Positions 17,858 to 26,304 of a stretch of 28,285 bases of DNA are shown piece after piece (position 1 is the first letter of the stretch; each line of letters opens with the position of its first letter). The notes beneath the pieces were generated by a model. That model made no database searches. It worked only from the letters and a program-made list of their open reading frames with translations, and was not told the origin of the DNA. A program made the translations under genes and the position numbers. The stretch covers positions 1 to 28,285 of the forward strand of contig JAYEGG010000347.1 in the NCBI GenBank assembly GCA_034658995.1. Direction: 5' to 3'. This DNA comes from Methanobacteriota archaeon. GTDB lineage: Archaea; Halobacteriota; Methanosarcinia; Methanosarcinales; Methanogasteraceae.

Positions 17858-17871
17858 ACTTAAAACTTTTT
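17858..17871 (-). promoter_or_regulatory. Archaeal BRE-TATA promoter upstream of D1
   Basis: Minus strand reads AAAAAG-TTTTAAGT about 100 nt upstream of the ATG at 17760. Confidence 0.55.
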
Positions 17872-17902
17872 ATTGAACTAATGACATGTACGGTCACTAT
17901 TC

Positions 17903-18982
17903 TCACCAGTACTCCCTCCTCCGCTTTATTATCAGATACATAAAGAGGGGACCGCCCATGAACGCTGTTATCACGCCAACCGGGAGGGTGGCGGGAGCGA
18001 TAATCGTTCTCGCAACAGTATCCGCGCCAAGCAGAAGTGAGGCACCACAGAGACCCGATGCAGGGATTAAAAACCTGTTATCCCCTCCCATCACCATCCT
18101 GCAGAGGTGAGGTGCGACCAATCCGATGAACCCGATGGTTCCGACGAAACAGACGATCGCAGCGGTCAAGAGTGACGCTGTCATCAGGACAGAGACTCTG
18201 GTTCTCTCGACGTTGACGCCAAGGCTCTTTGCAGTCTCATCGCCTGCACCCATCACATTAAGATCCCACGACTTTCGCATAAGCAGCGGGATGCAACATG
18301 CAAGAACGATCGATGCGGGCAGGAGGTTGTCCCACGACGCCTTCCCAAGAGAGCCAATCGTCCAGAAGACCGCAGCCTTAACAGCTCCCGGATCTGCGAA
18401 ACATTCCACGAGAATCGTTGCGGCGTTAAAGATGTAGAGCATCGCAATACCCGCAAGAATCATCATCTCAGGAGTCGCCTGTCTGTAGCGTGCCAGCCCG
18501 AGAATGACTAATGTTGGAATCAGCGCGAAGAAGAACGCGTTTCCAATGATCAAATACTTCCCGGCGAGGATGCCGGCGCCAAGTGTAATTGCGAGAGCAG
18601 CGCCAAATCCGGCGCCCGCAGAGATTCCCAGGGTGAACGGGCTTGCAAGCGGATTTCTCAGGATTCCCTGCATCACGCATCCCGCAATCGCAAGCCCGGT
18701 GCCTGCAATGATTCCCATCAGGATACGCGGCATTCTTGCGACCCAAACGACCTTATATGCGATATGGTCTGTGTGGAAGTGATCCGGGAAGAACCGCTCG
18801 AGGATTGCGGAATACGATTCGGATATTGTGATATCCGCAGAGCCGACCGATGCAGCTATGCCAACAAGAACAACGATTAAGGCTATGAAGAGAAGGATGC
18901 AAGAGATCTTCCTCCCGACAAACCGATTGTACTCGTCTCGTACGCTCTCTGTTGTTATTGCCGCACCGGCACATGAACTCAT
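17903..18982 (-). CDS. FecCD/BtuC-family ABC permease
   Basis: RMPRI, LRNPLASPFTLG, DLNVMGAGDETAKSLGVN and GFIGLVAPH motifs. Confidence 0.94.
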   Translation of the reverse strand: MSSCAGAAITTESVRDEYNRFVGRKISCILLFIALIVVLVGIAASVGSADITISESYSAILERFFPDHFHTDHIAYKVVWVARMPRILMGIIAGTGLAIAGCVMQGILRNPLASPFTLGISAGAGFGAALAITLGAGILAGKYLIIGNAFFFALIPTLVILGLARYRQATPEMMILAGIAMLYIFNAATILVECFADPGAVKAAVFWTIGSLGKASWDNLLPASIVLACCIPLLMRKSWDLNVMGAGDETAKSLGVNVERTRVSVLMTASLLTAAIVCFVGTIGFIGLVAPHLCRMVMGGDNRFLIPASGLCGASLLLGADTVARTIIAPATLPVGVITAFMGGPLFMYLIIKRRREYW

Positions 18983-18997
18983 ATCACACGTCCCGGT

Positions 18998-20338
18998 CTA
19001 CGGTGCAGGATAGACATACACTCCAGTGTAGTCCAAACCGTGAAACTTCTTGAGCCACTCGCCATGCACCTCTATCGGGTCAATCTCGCTGAACAGATCC
19101 GGCTGGAGGCATTTCGCCATGTAAAGGACGTAGATACTCGAATGAATCCCGCCCGCAGCATTGCAGATCATGTAGACATCACCATTCGTAACTGCGGTCG
19201 TGCTGTCCCAGTCAGTGCTGCTCATGAACATATCCCGCACTGTTTCCATTGAACTTGCGTCCTCGACACCGTAGCCGCACTCAACGAAACCCGCGTAACC
19301 CGGATATACGTCCATCACGAATGCTTCGGGATCGTTTCCGATGATCGCCTCTGTGTCCACCTGCTGGTAGCCCGTAATACTTCCGAATGCGTTGATGCCA
19401 CCGCTTCGCAGGATGCGGTTGTTGCCACTCGTTCCCGCACATGCAACGTAACATGGAGGCGCCTCATCTGAAGCTGCTCTGATGCCTGCTCTCTCTCGCA
19501 CTATGTCCTCTTCCGGCAGAAACGTGCCTGGTGGACATGGGCAGTAAACCCCGTACGCAGTCTTTGGCTTATCATCCTCCGGAATCTCTGATACGATCTC
19601 GTCTATTTTGGCGTACAACTCCTCCTCGAACGTGATAAGCTCAACAGATACCTCCTGCTTATTCACCAGGAGTCCCAGAACCCCGATCTCTGCAGGATAC
19701 TTATCCGGTTCATCCAGATCGGTCATGAGCATCGGTATGTCAGCATCAGCCAGTTGCTCCTCGTACTCAGGATAGTATGAGCGGAAATACGTGGAAGCAA
19801 TGACAACGTCAGGATCCAGACTTATCACCTTCTCAATGTCCATGGAACTTGAGTACTGCCCGATCTCCTCCGTATCCTTGATGAGTTCTGCGATCTCACC
19901 CACCTTCTTTGTGAATCCGTCAACGCCAACGACCGTATCCCCCATTCCAAAGATGCAGAGCGCCTCGCAGGCATAGCAGCTAGCTGTTACCACACGTTCG
20001 ATCGGCATCGCGAGTGTCAGCGGCTCCTCGACGACATCCGGTGGTGTGCCGATATACTGGAATATGGTGATCTCCTTTTCCTTCCCGAGAATGGTAAGTT
20101 CGATCTGCGTTACATCCTGCATGTTGATCTTGCCGTCGTACTTCGCGTCCGATAGTTCTGTCTGGTCACGGTACTCGAGGATGATCAGTTCGGTGTAGGT
20201 GACGTCCTGCATGTTGATTGTGTCATCCTCGTTTGCGTTGCCGAAGACGCCGAGCGTGTAGTCTGATGCTGCTGCCGGCAGTGCAAGCAGAAGCATCATA
20301 GTTACTCCAAATATTATTGTGTTCGTTTTCATGTTCAT
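18998..20338 (-). CDS. Dockerin-fused class III (BtuF/FecB-like) substrate-binding protein SBP1, Cys-rich
   Basis: Signal peptide ending PAAA-S, duplicated dockerin loops, MPIERVV, EKVISLDPDVVI and AVTNGDVY. Start could be 20332, 20338 or 20362. Confidence 0.9.
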   Translation of the reverse strand: MNMKTNTIIFGVTMMLLLALPAAASDYTLGVFGNANEDDTINMQDVTYTELIILEYRDQTELSDAKYDGKINMQDVTQIELTILGKEKEITIFQYIGTPPDVVEEPLTLAMPIERVVTASCYACEALCIFGMGDTVVGVDGFTKKVGEIAELIKDTEEIGQYSSSMDIEKVISLDPDVVIASTYFRSYYPEYEEQLADADIPMLMTDLDEPDKYPAEIGVLGLLVNKQEVSVELITFEEELYAKIDEIVSEIPEDDKPKTAYGVYCPCPPGTFLPEEDIVRERAGIRAASDEAPPCYVACAGTSGNNRILRSGGINAFGSITGYQQVDTEAIIGNDPEAFVMDVYPGYAGFVECGYGVEDASSMETVRDMFMSSTDWDSTTAVTNGDVYMICNAAGGIHSSIYVLYMAKCLQPDLFSEIDPIEVHGEWLKKFHGLDYTGVYVYPAP

Positions 20339-20361
20339 TATCTCCCTTTTATTCATCTTCA

Positions 20362-21615
20362 TCAACTCTCCACAAATGGTGGATACACAAAGACGCCTTT
20401 CTCACCCAGGTCGTAGTCGATGCCGCAGAAATCATCGATATAGGTCTGATGCATCGCCTCCGGATCCAGGTCATCAAATAAGGTGGGGTGTAACCACTTT
20501 GCCATATAGGCAACTCCAATAGAATTGCTTGATCTGTCACAGATGTCGGGACATATCAGGTACACCCTACCATTCTGCACTGCCGAAATACCGTCAAAGC
20601 CGGTGCGGCTCATGATATTGTCTCTCACCGCTTTCATCTCAGTGGAGTCGTCTTCATCGTAGCCATTGGAAACTTTGCTACCTGATACTACCTTTACAAT
20701 AACGTCAGGATTCTGATCGATTATCCATTCAGGGTCAACTCCTGCTATTGTCCCTTCTCCGGGTAAATCCGCACCAATATTTATCCCACCAGCCATCTCG
20801 CACATCGGATGAGTCCCTGAACGGCTGGTGCGAGCTTTGTAGTCGCTGCAGCACTCAATGTACACGCGTGGCTTCTCTTCCTCCGATATCCCTCCTACCA
20901 CCTCTTCTATGGGATCCGTGCAATCGTGGTAAAAGTTGATGAGTTCCTCTGCCTCGTCCGTCTTCCCGATGATGTATCCCTGCTCTCGCAGCTGTACATC
21001 CCTTGTCAAGAGTTTGCAGTTCGAAAAACCACCAACCGCTATACCCAGTATTTCAGGCGTATCTCCGAAGTACTTTGGTTTCAGTGCCGAGGTGTATGCG
21101 AAGACGAGGTCAGGATCAAGACTGAGTACCACTTCCCAGTCCGGATGGAAGGATGATCCGACCGTCGGCAGGAGAGCGATATCCGGGAAGAATACGGTAT
21201 CCTTTGCGAGATACGTTGTCACGCCAACTATCAGCTCCTTTCCTCCGAGGCTCCTCCCAACCTCCGCAGAATCGGTGCTGAGCATGACGATTCTCTCGAT
21301 TGGTTTCTCGACCGTTACTGTTCTTTCGGCGTTGTCGATGAACGTCATCTCCAACTCTCTCCCGAGTATGATCAGTTCGATCTGCGTTACGTCCTGCATG
21401 TTGATCTTGCCGTCGTACTTGCCGTCAGCAAGCTCTGTCTGGTCACGGTACTCGAGGATGATCAGTTCGGTGTAGGTCACATCCTGCATGTTTATCGTGT
21501 CGTCCTCGTTCGCGTTTCCGAAGACGCCGAGCGTGTAGTCGGATGCTGCTGCAGAGAGCGCGAGCAAAAGCAGCATAGTTATTCCAAGTACTATTGTGTT
21601 TGCTTTCATATTCAC
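20362..21615 (-). CDS. Dockerin-fused class III substrate-binding protein SBP2
   Basis: Signal peptide, dockerin, KPIERIV, EVVLSLDPDLV, EWIIDQNPDVIV and AVQNGRVY; ATG 21609 is the likely start. Confidence 0.92.
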   Translation of the reverse strand: MNMKANTIVLGITMLLLLALSAAASDYTLGVFGNANEDDTINMQDVTYTELIILEYRDQTELADGKYDGKINMQDVTQIELIILGRELEMTFIDNAERTVTVEKPIERIVMLSTDSAEVGRSLGGKELIVGVTTYLAKDTVFFPDIALLPTVGSSFHPDWEVVLSLDPDLVFAYTSALKPKYFGDTPEILGIAVGGFSNCKLLTRDVQLREQGYIIGKTDEAEELINFYHDCTDPIEEVVGGISEEEKPRVYIECCSDYKARTSRSGTHPMCEMAGGINIGADLPGEGTIAGVDPEWIIDQNPDVIVKVVSGSKVSNGYDEDDSTEMKAVRDNIMSRTGFDGISAVQNGRVYLICPDICDRSSNSIGVAYMAKWLHPTLFDDLDPEAMHQTYIDDFCGIDYDLGEKGVFVYPPFVES

Positions 21616-21637
21616 TACCTACTTTTTATATATCTCA

Positions 21638-22882
21638 TCAATTCTCCACAAATGGCGGGTATATGAAGACACCACGTTCCTTCACGTCGAAATCCAACCC
21701 CTGAAAGTCCACATCACGCTGGTGTACCTCGGTTGGATCCAGGTCACTGAACCGCTCAGGATGGACGACCTTCATGATGTATGGGATGCCATTAATATAA
21801 CTGTAACCACATGCTATACTGCAGGATATGACGTAAACACGACCGTTCTCCACTGCTTTGACGTTAGACAGCTCAGGACGGTTCATGATCGCATCTCGTG
21901 CAGCCACCATGTCCTGGGAGTCATCAAGCTCATAGCCGCTCTTTCCGGAGGACATCATCTTGATGATGATGTCCGGATTCTGTTCCACCACCCATTCAGG
22001 GTCTACCACCGCACAACGATCCGGTATCGTATCATACGCAACGTTTTTTCCACCGGCGATCTCGCAGATCATGTTGGGGTACGAGGTCACACCACATGCC
22101 TTGTAGTCTTTCATCGCTTCTATGTACACCCTCGGTTTATCCTCTTCAGGAATCTCCGCGGTCATTTCGGTTAGATCGGCGACATTATCATGGAGAACAC
22201 CGGTATATGTGTAAGCATCCTCCACCGCACCAAATATGTATCCCAGTTTCGCAATTTCTTCTTCATTCAGGTCTTCCGGTGTTGGTTTTACAGGCATCGC
22301 AAATGGAATGCCTGCTGCTTCACATGTCTCTGCAAATTTGTCACCCCAGCCACATGTAGGCGAACCTGCTATCACAAGATCGGGATTGAGTGCAAACATC
22401 TTCTCAAAGTCCGGAGGATAGCCACCGATGCTCATGCTTTCATCCAGTTCCGGGAAGAACACTTTGCGATCGATCGCATACTTGCATATTCCAACCAGCG
22501 TATCTCCTGCGTTTATCGCCCGCATCAGGGCATAAGTCGTCGAGGGTCCGATGATGACTCGCTCAAGTGGTTTATTGATCGTCACCGCCTCTTCGCGAAG
22601 GTCGGTAAATGTGAGTTCCTTCTCTTTTCCGAGAATGACAAGCTCGATCTGCGTTACATCCTGCATGTTGATCTTGCCGTCGTACTTTGCGTCCGAGAGT
22701 TCTGTCTTGTCACGGTACTCGAGGATGATCAGCTCGGTGTACGTCACATCCTGCATGTTTATCGTGTCGTCCTCGTTCGCGTTGCCGAAGACGCCGAGCG
22801 TGTAGTCTGATGCTGCTGCCGGCAGTGCAAGCAGAAGCATCATAGTTACTCCAAGTAGTATTGTGTTCGTTTTCATGTTCAT
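21638..22882 (-). CDS. Dockerin-fused class III substrate-binding protein SBP3
   Basis: Signal peptide, dockerin, EKMFALNPDLVI, EWVVEQNPDIII and AVENGRVY; AGGAGG RBS. Confidence 0.92.
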   Translation of the reverse strand: MNMKTNTILLGVTMMLLLALPAAASDYTLGVFGNANEDDTINMQDVTYTELIILEYRDKTELSDAKYDGKINMQDVTQIELVILGKEKELTFTDLREEAVTINKPLERVIIGPSTTYALMRAINAGDTLVGICKYAIDRKVFFPELDESMSIGGYPPDFEKMFALNPDLVIAGSPTCGWGDKFAETCEAAGIPFAMPVKPTPEDLNEEEIAKLGYIFGAVEDAYTYTGVLHDNVADLTEMTAEIPEEDKPRVYIEAMKDYKACGVTSYPNMICEIAGGKNVAYDTIPDRCAVVDPEWVVEQNPDIIIKMMSSGKSGYELDDSQDMVAARDAIMNRPELSNVKAVENGRVYVISCSIACGYSYINGIPYIMKVVHPERFSDLDPTEVHQRDVDFQGLDFDVKERGVFIYPPFVEN

Positions 22883-23000
22883 TCCCTCCTTGTGGTTGTA
22901 TTCTGTGTGCGCTACACTGATTCTCCGCAGACAAGAGAATTGCAGGTCGCGTATTTTTCTGGTTTATCCGACCAGTTTCACAATCGGTATTGTGTTACTC

Positions 23001-24038
23001 CTATTTAACTTGATGCCCGGTGTGGTCGGTGGCAGGGGGATAACAGGTATCAGGAGCAAGATATTCTCCAAATTCTTCGGAGCAATGTTCCCTTAGGTAA
23101 TTCCTCGCCGCATGACAGAGATGACATTCATCATAATATGCGGGGTCAGGTTCAAAACCACGTTCCACAGCAAGCTCTTTCAGCCCCAGGGCTCCTTTTT
23201 CATGGAGTGCGCTGATGATCGGATTCGGGTCGCTGAAATAGCGCGTAAATATCTCGGACATACTCTCTTTGTAAAGATTTCCCAGGGACACCCCAAAGCA
23301 GCCATCGACAAATCCCTGTGGGTCGATTAAAATACTGTCCGGGCATTTTGGGCGTAGTACGCCGATATTAAACTCCCAGCACTTGCGATCCAACCGTTTG
23401 TTGACGCGAAGTTCCTCGGGCATGATGAAATTAGTCCTGCCGTGGGCTCCAGCCACCGTGGAAAAAGCATAGTAGCCCGAATCGTAGATCTTCTGCACGA
23501 TATCCTGGGTTTGCCTGTTAAACTTACAGTCATAACTCTGGTAGCCCAGGTACGTAGCTATCGCATAAGTAGAAAAACTCATTTCGCCCATAGATCGCCC
23601 AACACCGGGAGTTTCCGTTTTCAGTATGTTAAGTACATTTTCCAGGGGAATAGTTTTCTGGTGGAAACTATCTGCACTTACCCCGATGCTGTTGACACCC
23701 AGTTCACGCAGGCGGTCAAGTTTTTGTCGGACCACTTCAACGTCATCAGCCCATGCTCCGTTTGTGGAAATGCTGAAATAGTCGATACCATGTTTCTTGC
23801 ATCGCTTGATACACTCCACAATAACATCATAATGGTAAAATGGCTCTCCACCTGCAAAATGGACTGTACTGAGGTTATGCTGACCGGATATACTTTCCAG
23901 TGCATCATCGATCAAATCCGGATCGATCGGTGCATGGTTGGGGTTGCGTTGAAAATAAAAACAGTGATCACAACTGCAATTGCAGTCCATGGTGACCAGT
24001 ATCACAACAGTCTTCAGGTTACTTAGTGATCCCTTCAT
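23001..24038 (-). CDS. Radical SAM protein with a C-terminal Cys-rich (SPASM/twitch-like) region
   Basis: CNCSCDHC (CxxxCxxC), FAGGEPF, STNG, then C..C..IDPQGFVDGC..ECHLC. ATG 24038 overlaps the upstream stop (ATGA). Confidence 0.9.
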   Translation of the reverse strand: MKGSLSNLKTVVILVTMDCNCSCDHCFYFQRNPNHAPIDPDLIDDALESISGQHNLSTVHFAGGEPFYHYDVIVECIKRCKKHGIDYFSISTNGAWADDVEVVRQKLDRLRELGVNSIGVSADSFHQKTIPLENVLNILKTETPGVGRSMGEMSFSTYAIATYLGYQSYDCKFNRQTQDIVQKIYDSGYYAFSTVAGAHGRTNFIMPEELRVNKRLDRKCWEFNIGVLRPKCPDSILIDPQGFVDGCFGVSLGNLYKESMSEIFTRYFSDPNPIISALHEKGALGLKELAVERGFEPDPAYYDECHLCHAARNYLREHCSEEFGEYLAPDTCYPPATDHTGHQVK

Positions 24039-24859
24039 TTTTCCCACCACATAACCGCACTCTTAGTCGTGCTCTCTCTACAATAAATGCCATCCACAGC
24101 ATTCTTTACGATATAATCCTTGATCATTTTCTTAATCCTCGGCGTAATTTCCGTATAAAGATCAAACAGGTACTCATAATAATCTATAGCGTCATTCACC
24201 GATTTCTCAAAGGTATACGCCGAATCTATGACGTTTACGTTCGCATAGATTCCCATGGTGTACAGGATATTATAGATGTAGATGTAGTCTATCCCAAAAT
24301 TGTACTCCGCATCCATGATCCTGGACCACATCTCGCGATCAAGATCATCTGTAAGTCCTGCGTGAAGAATCACACAACAATAGCGTCTTGATACATCATG
24401 CACTCGCGTCAATTGCTTGCCGATATCATCAAACTGCCACAGGACATTTGACGTAATAACAAGGTCGAAGCTCTCCCTGATTTCGGAATCATCAACCTCC
24501 TGCCATGTCTTATTCACTGTCTCGATATTCGACAGCCCCGCTTCAACCGCACTCTCTTCCAGAACGTTGAGCATTCCCTTTGAGGGGTCCAGTGCAACTA
24601 CTCTGTCAACCAGTTTTGCGAGGGGTATAACGAGCGTTCCAGGACCGCAACCGATATCAAGAACCCTGAAATCAGGTTTTATGATCTCTTTTAGTACGTG
24701 TACCATCTGCTCGCCGTACTTAAAACCCTCCCTCTTTATCGTGTCGCTATATTCCGCTGCCCCTCGATCCCAGAGATCTACTCCGACGTCTTTACGATAT
24801 TTCGCCAGGACAGAGTCCTTTCGTGCATCTATCCAGAGTTGTTCCCAGTTTATTTCCAT
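24035..24859 (-). CDS. Class I SAM-dependent methyltransferase (same subfamily as 13129-14004)
   Basis: VLDIGCGPG, ALDPSKGM, NKTWQEV and FDLVITSN motifs. Confidence 0.92.
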   Translation of the reverse strand: MEINWEQLWIDARKDSVLAKYRKDVGVDLWDRGAAEYSDTIKREGFKYGEQMVHVLKEIIKPDFRVLDIGCGPGTLVIPLAKLVDRVVALDPSKGMLNVLEESAVEAGLSNIETVNKTWQEVDDSEIRESFDLVITSNVLWQFDDIGKQLTRVHDVSRRYCCVILHAGLTDDLDREMWSRIMDAEYNFGIDYIYIYNILYTMGIYANVNVIDSAYTFEKSVNDAIDYYEYLFDLYTEITPRIKKMIKDYIVKNAVDGIYCRESTTKSAVMWWEK

Positions 24860-24909
24860 TTAATATGACCTATTGTTCCTTTGTTTTGTATGTGTTAGCT
24901 GAAATGAAG

Positions 24910-24982
24910 AACCACGAGATTTCACGAGATTAACACAAGACACTGGTAGTTTTTCTTGTGGAAATCCGTGCAATCTCATAGT
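24910..24982. repeat. REP-like imperfect palindrome with ~10-nt periodic arms
   Basis: aaccacgagat-ttcacgagat-taacacaaga ... tcttgtggaaatccgtgcaatctc. Confidence 0.5.
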
Positions 24983-25004
24983 CATCTAAACACGTACCTT
25001 GTTT

Positions 25005-26285
25005 TCAGTCTTCTATTGGCGGATACACAAACACGCCATGCTCATTTAAGTCGTAATCTATCCCCAGAAATTCTGTCAGGTATTCCTGGTGCATTGCCTG
25101 TGGGTCAAGGTCACAAAAGAGCTCTGGATGGAACGTCTTCGCGAAGTATGCGATGCCCAGTGGGTATGGCTGTCCGTAGCTGAAGGTGGTACTGAGCATC
25201 TGCACCTTTTTGTTTTTCACGGCGTTAACCTCCGCTAACGAGGGATGATTCAAAACTTCCTCTCTCTGTGCAATTATTTCAGCCACATCATCCTCAGCAT
25301 AACACTCCCACATACCAGGGTAATAATACCTAACAATAACATCCGGATTCTGCATAATCACCCACTCAAGGTCCACATAATACTCGCCAGACGGCAGCTC
25401 CAGATCCTCTGCCACAAATAGTCCACCGGCTGTTTCGACAGAATAGTGTTGTGTAGAACCTCCCAGAGGGGTGTACCATTCGTTGGTACTTAACTCGCTA
25501 AACGTCCCGTAAAGCACCCGCGGTTTTTCGTCATCCGAGAGTTTGTCTGTTCCAGCTTTGACGATGTCAATAATTCCTTCATACCACTCAATAAACTCCT
25601 TTGCCTCACCTCTACTATCAACAATGTATCCAAGTTTTGTTATCTCTTCGCTCAGGTGATCTGGTGTCGGATAACCAAATTCGAGACGGGGTATTGGTAG
25701 GTCCGAGTCAGCAGACTCAAGTGTATCCAGAACCGCATCATGGTAAGATCCAGTACTTAAAATAACGAGATCTGGGCATAGATTCAACACCACCTCATAA
25801 TCAGGTATATACGGTCCAATGCACGGTAGATCGCAGAGTTCACCGAAGTATTCCTCAGGAGCATTTGTGATATAATCAACCACACCAACCAGCTTATCCG
25901 CCGCATTAAGCGTACGCAGTGGGTCGACGACATAACAGTTGACGGCAATAATACGTTTTACCGGCTTCTCCACAGTAACAATTCTATCCGTGGAATCAAG
26001 AACCGTGATCTCCTTCTCCTTCCCGAGAATGACAAGCTCGATCTGCGTTACGTCCTGCATGTTGATCTTACTGTCATACTTTGCGTCCGATAGTTCTGTC
26101 TGGTCACGGTACTCGAGGATGATCAGTTCGGTGTAGGTCACATCCTGCATGTTTATCGTGTCGTCCTCGTTTGCGTTACCGAAGACGCCAAGCGTGAAGT
26201 CGGATGCTGCTGCCGGGAGTGAGAGCAAGAGCAAGAGCAGCAAACTTATGGTTATCCTAATAACTATACTTGTCTTCATATTCAT
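25005..26285 (-). CDS. Dockerin-fused class III substrate-binding protein SBP4
   Basis: Signal peptide, dockerin, KPVKRII, EWVIMQNPDVIV and AVKNKKV. Confidence 0.92.
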   Translation of the reverse strand: MNMKTSIVIRITISLLLLLLLSLPAAASDFTLGVFGNANEDDTINMQDVTYTELIILEYRDQTELSDAKYDSKINMQDVTQIELVILGKEKEITVLDSTDRIVTVEKPVKRIIAVNCYVVDPLRTLNAADKLVGVVDYITNAPEEYFGELCDLPCIGPYIPDYEVVLNLCPDLVILSTGSYHDAVLDTLESADSDLPIPRLEFGYPTPDHLSEEITKLGYIVDSRGEAKEFIEWYEGIIDIVKAGTDKLSDDEKPRVLYGTFSELSTNEWYTPLGGSTQHYSVETAGGLFVAEDLELPSGEYYVDLEWVIMQNPDVIVRYYYPGMWECYAEDDVAEIIAQREEVLNHPSLAEVNAVKNKKVQMLSTTFSYGQPYPLGIAYFAKTFHPELFCDLDPQAMHQEYLTEFLGIDYDLNEHGVFVYPPIED

Positions 26286-26304
26286 TACCGTCCCTATAAT
26301 TCAG

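Noticed and set aside
23001-24038. NifB or methylthiotransferase
   Set aside because: No HPC motif ahead of the CxxxCxxC; no UPF0004 or TRAM domain evident.
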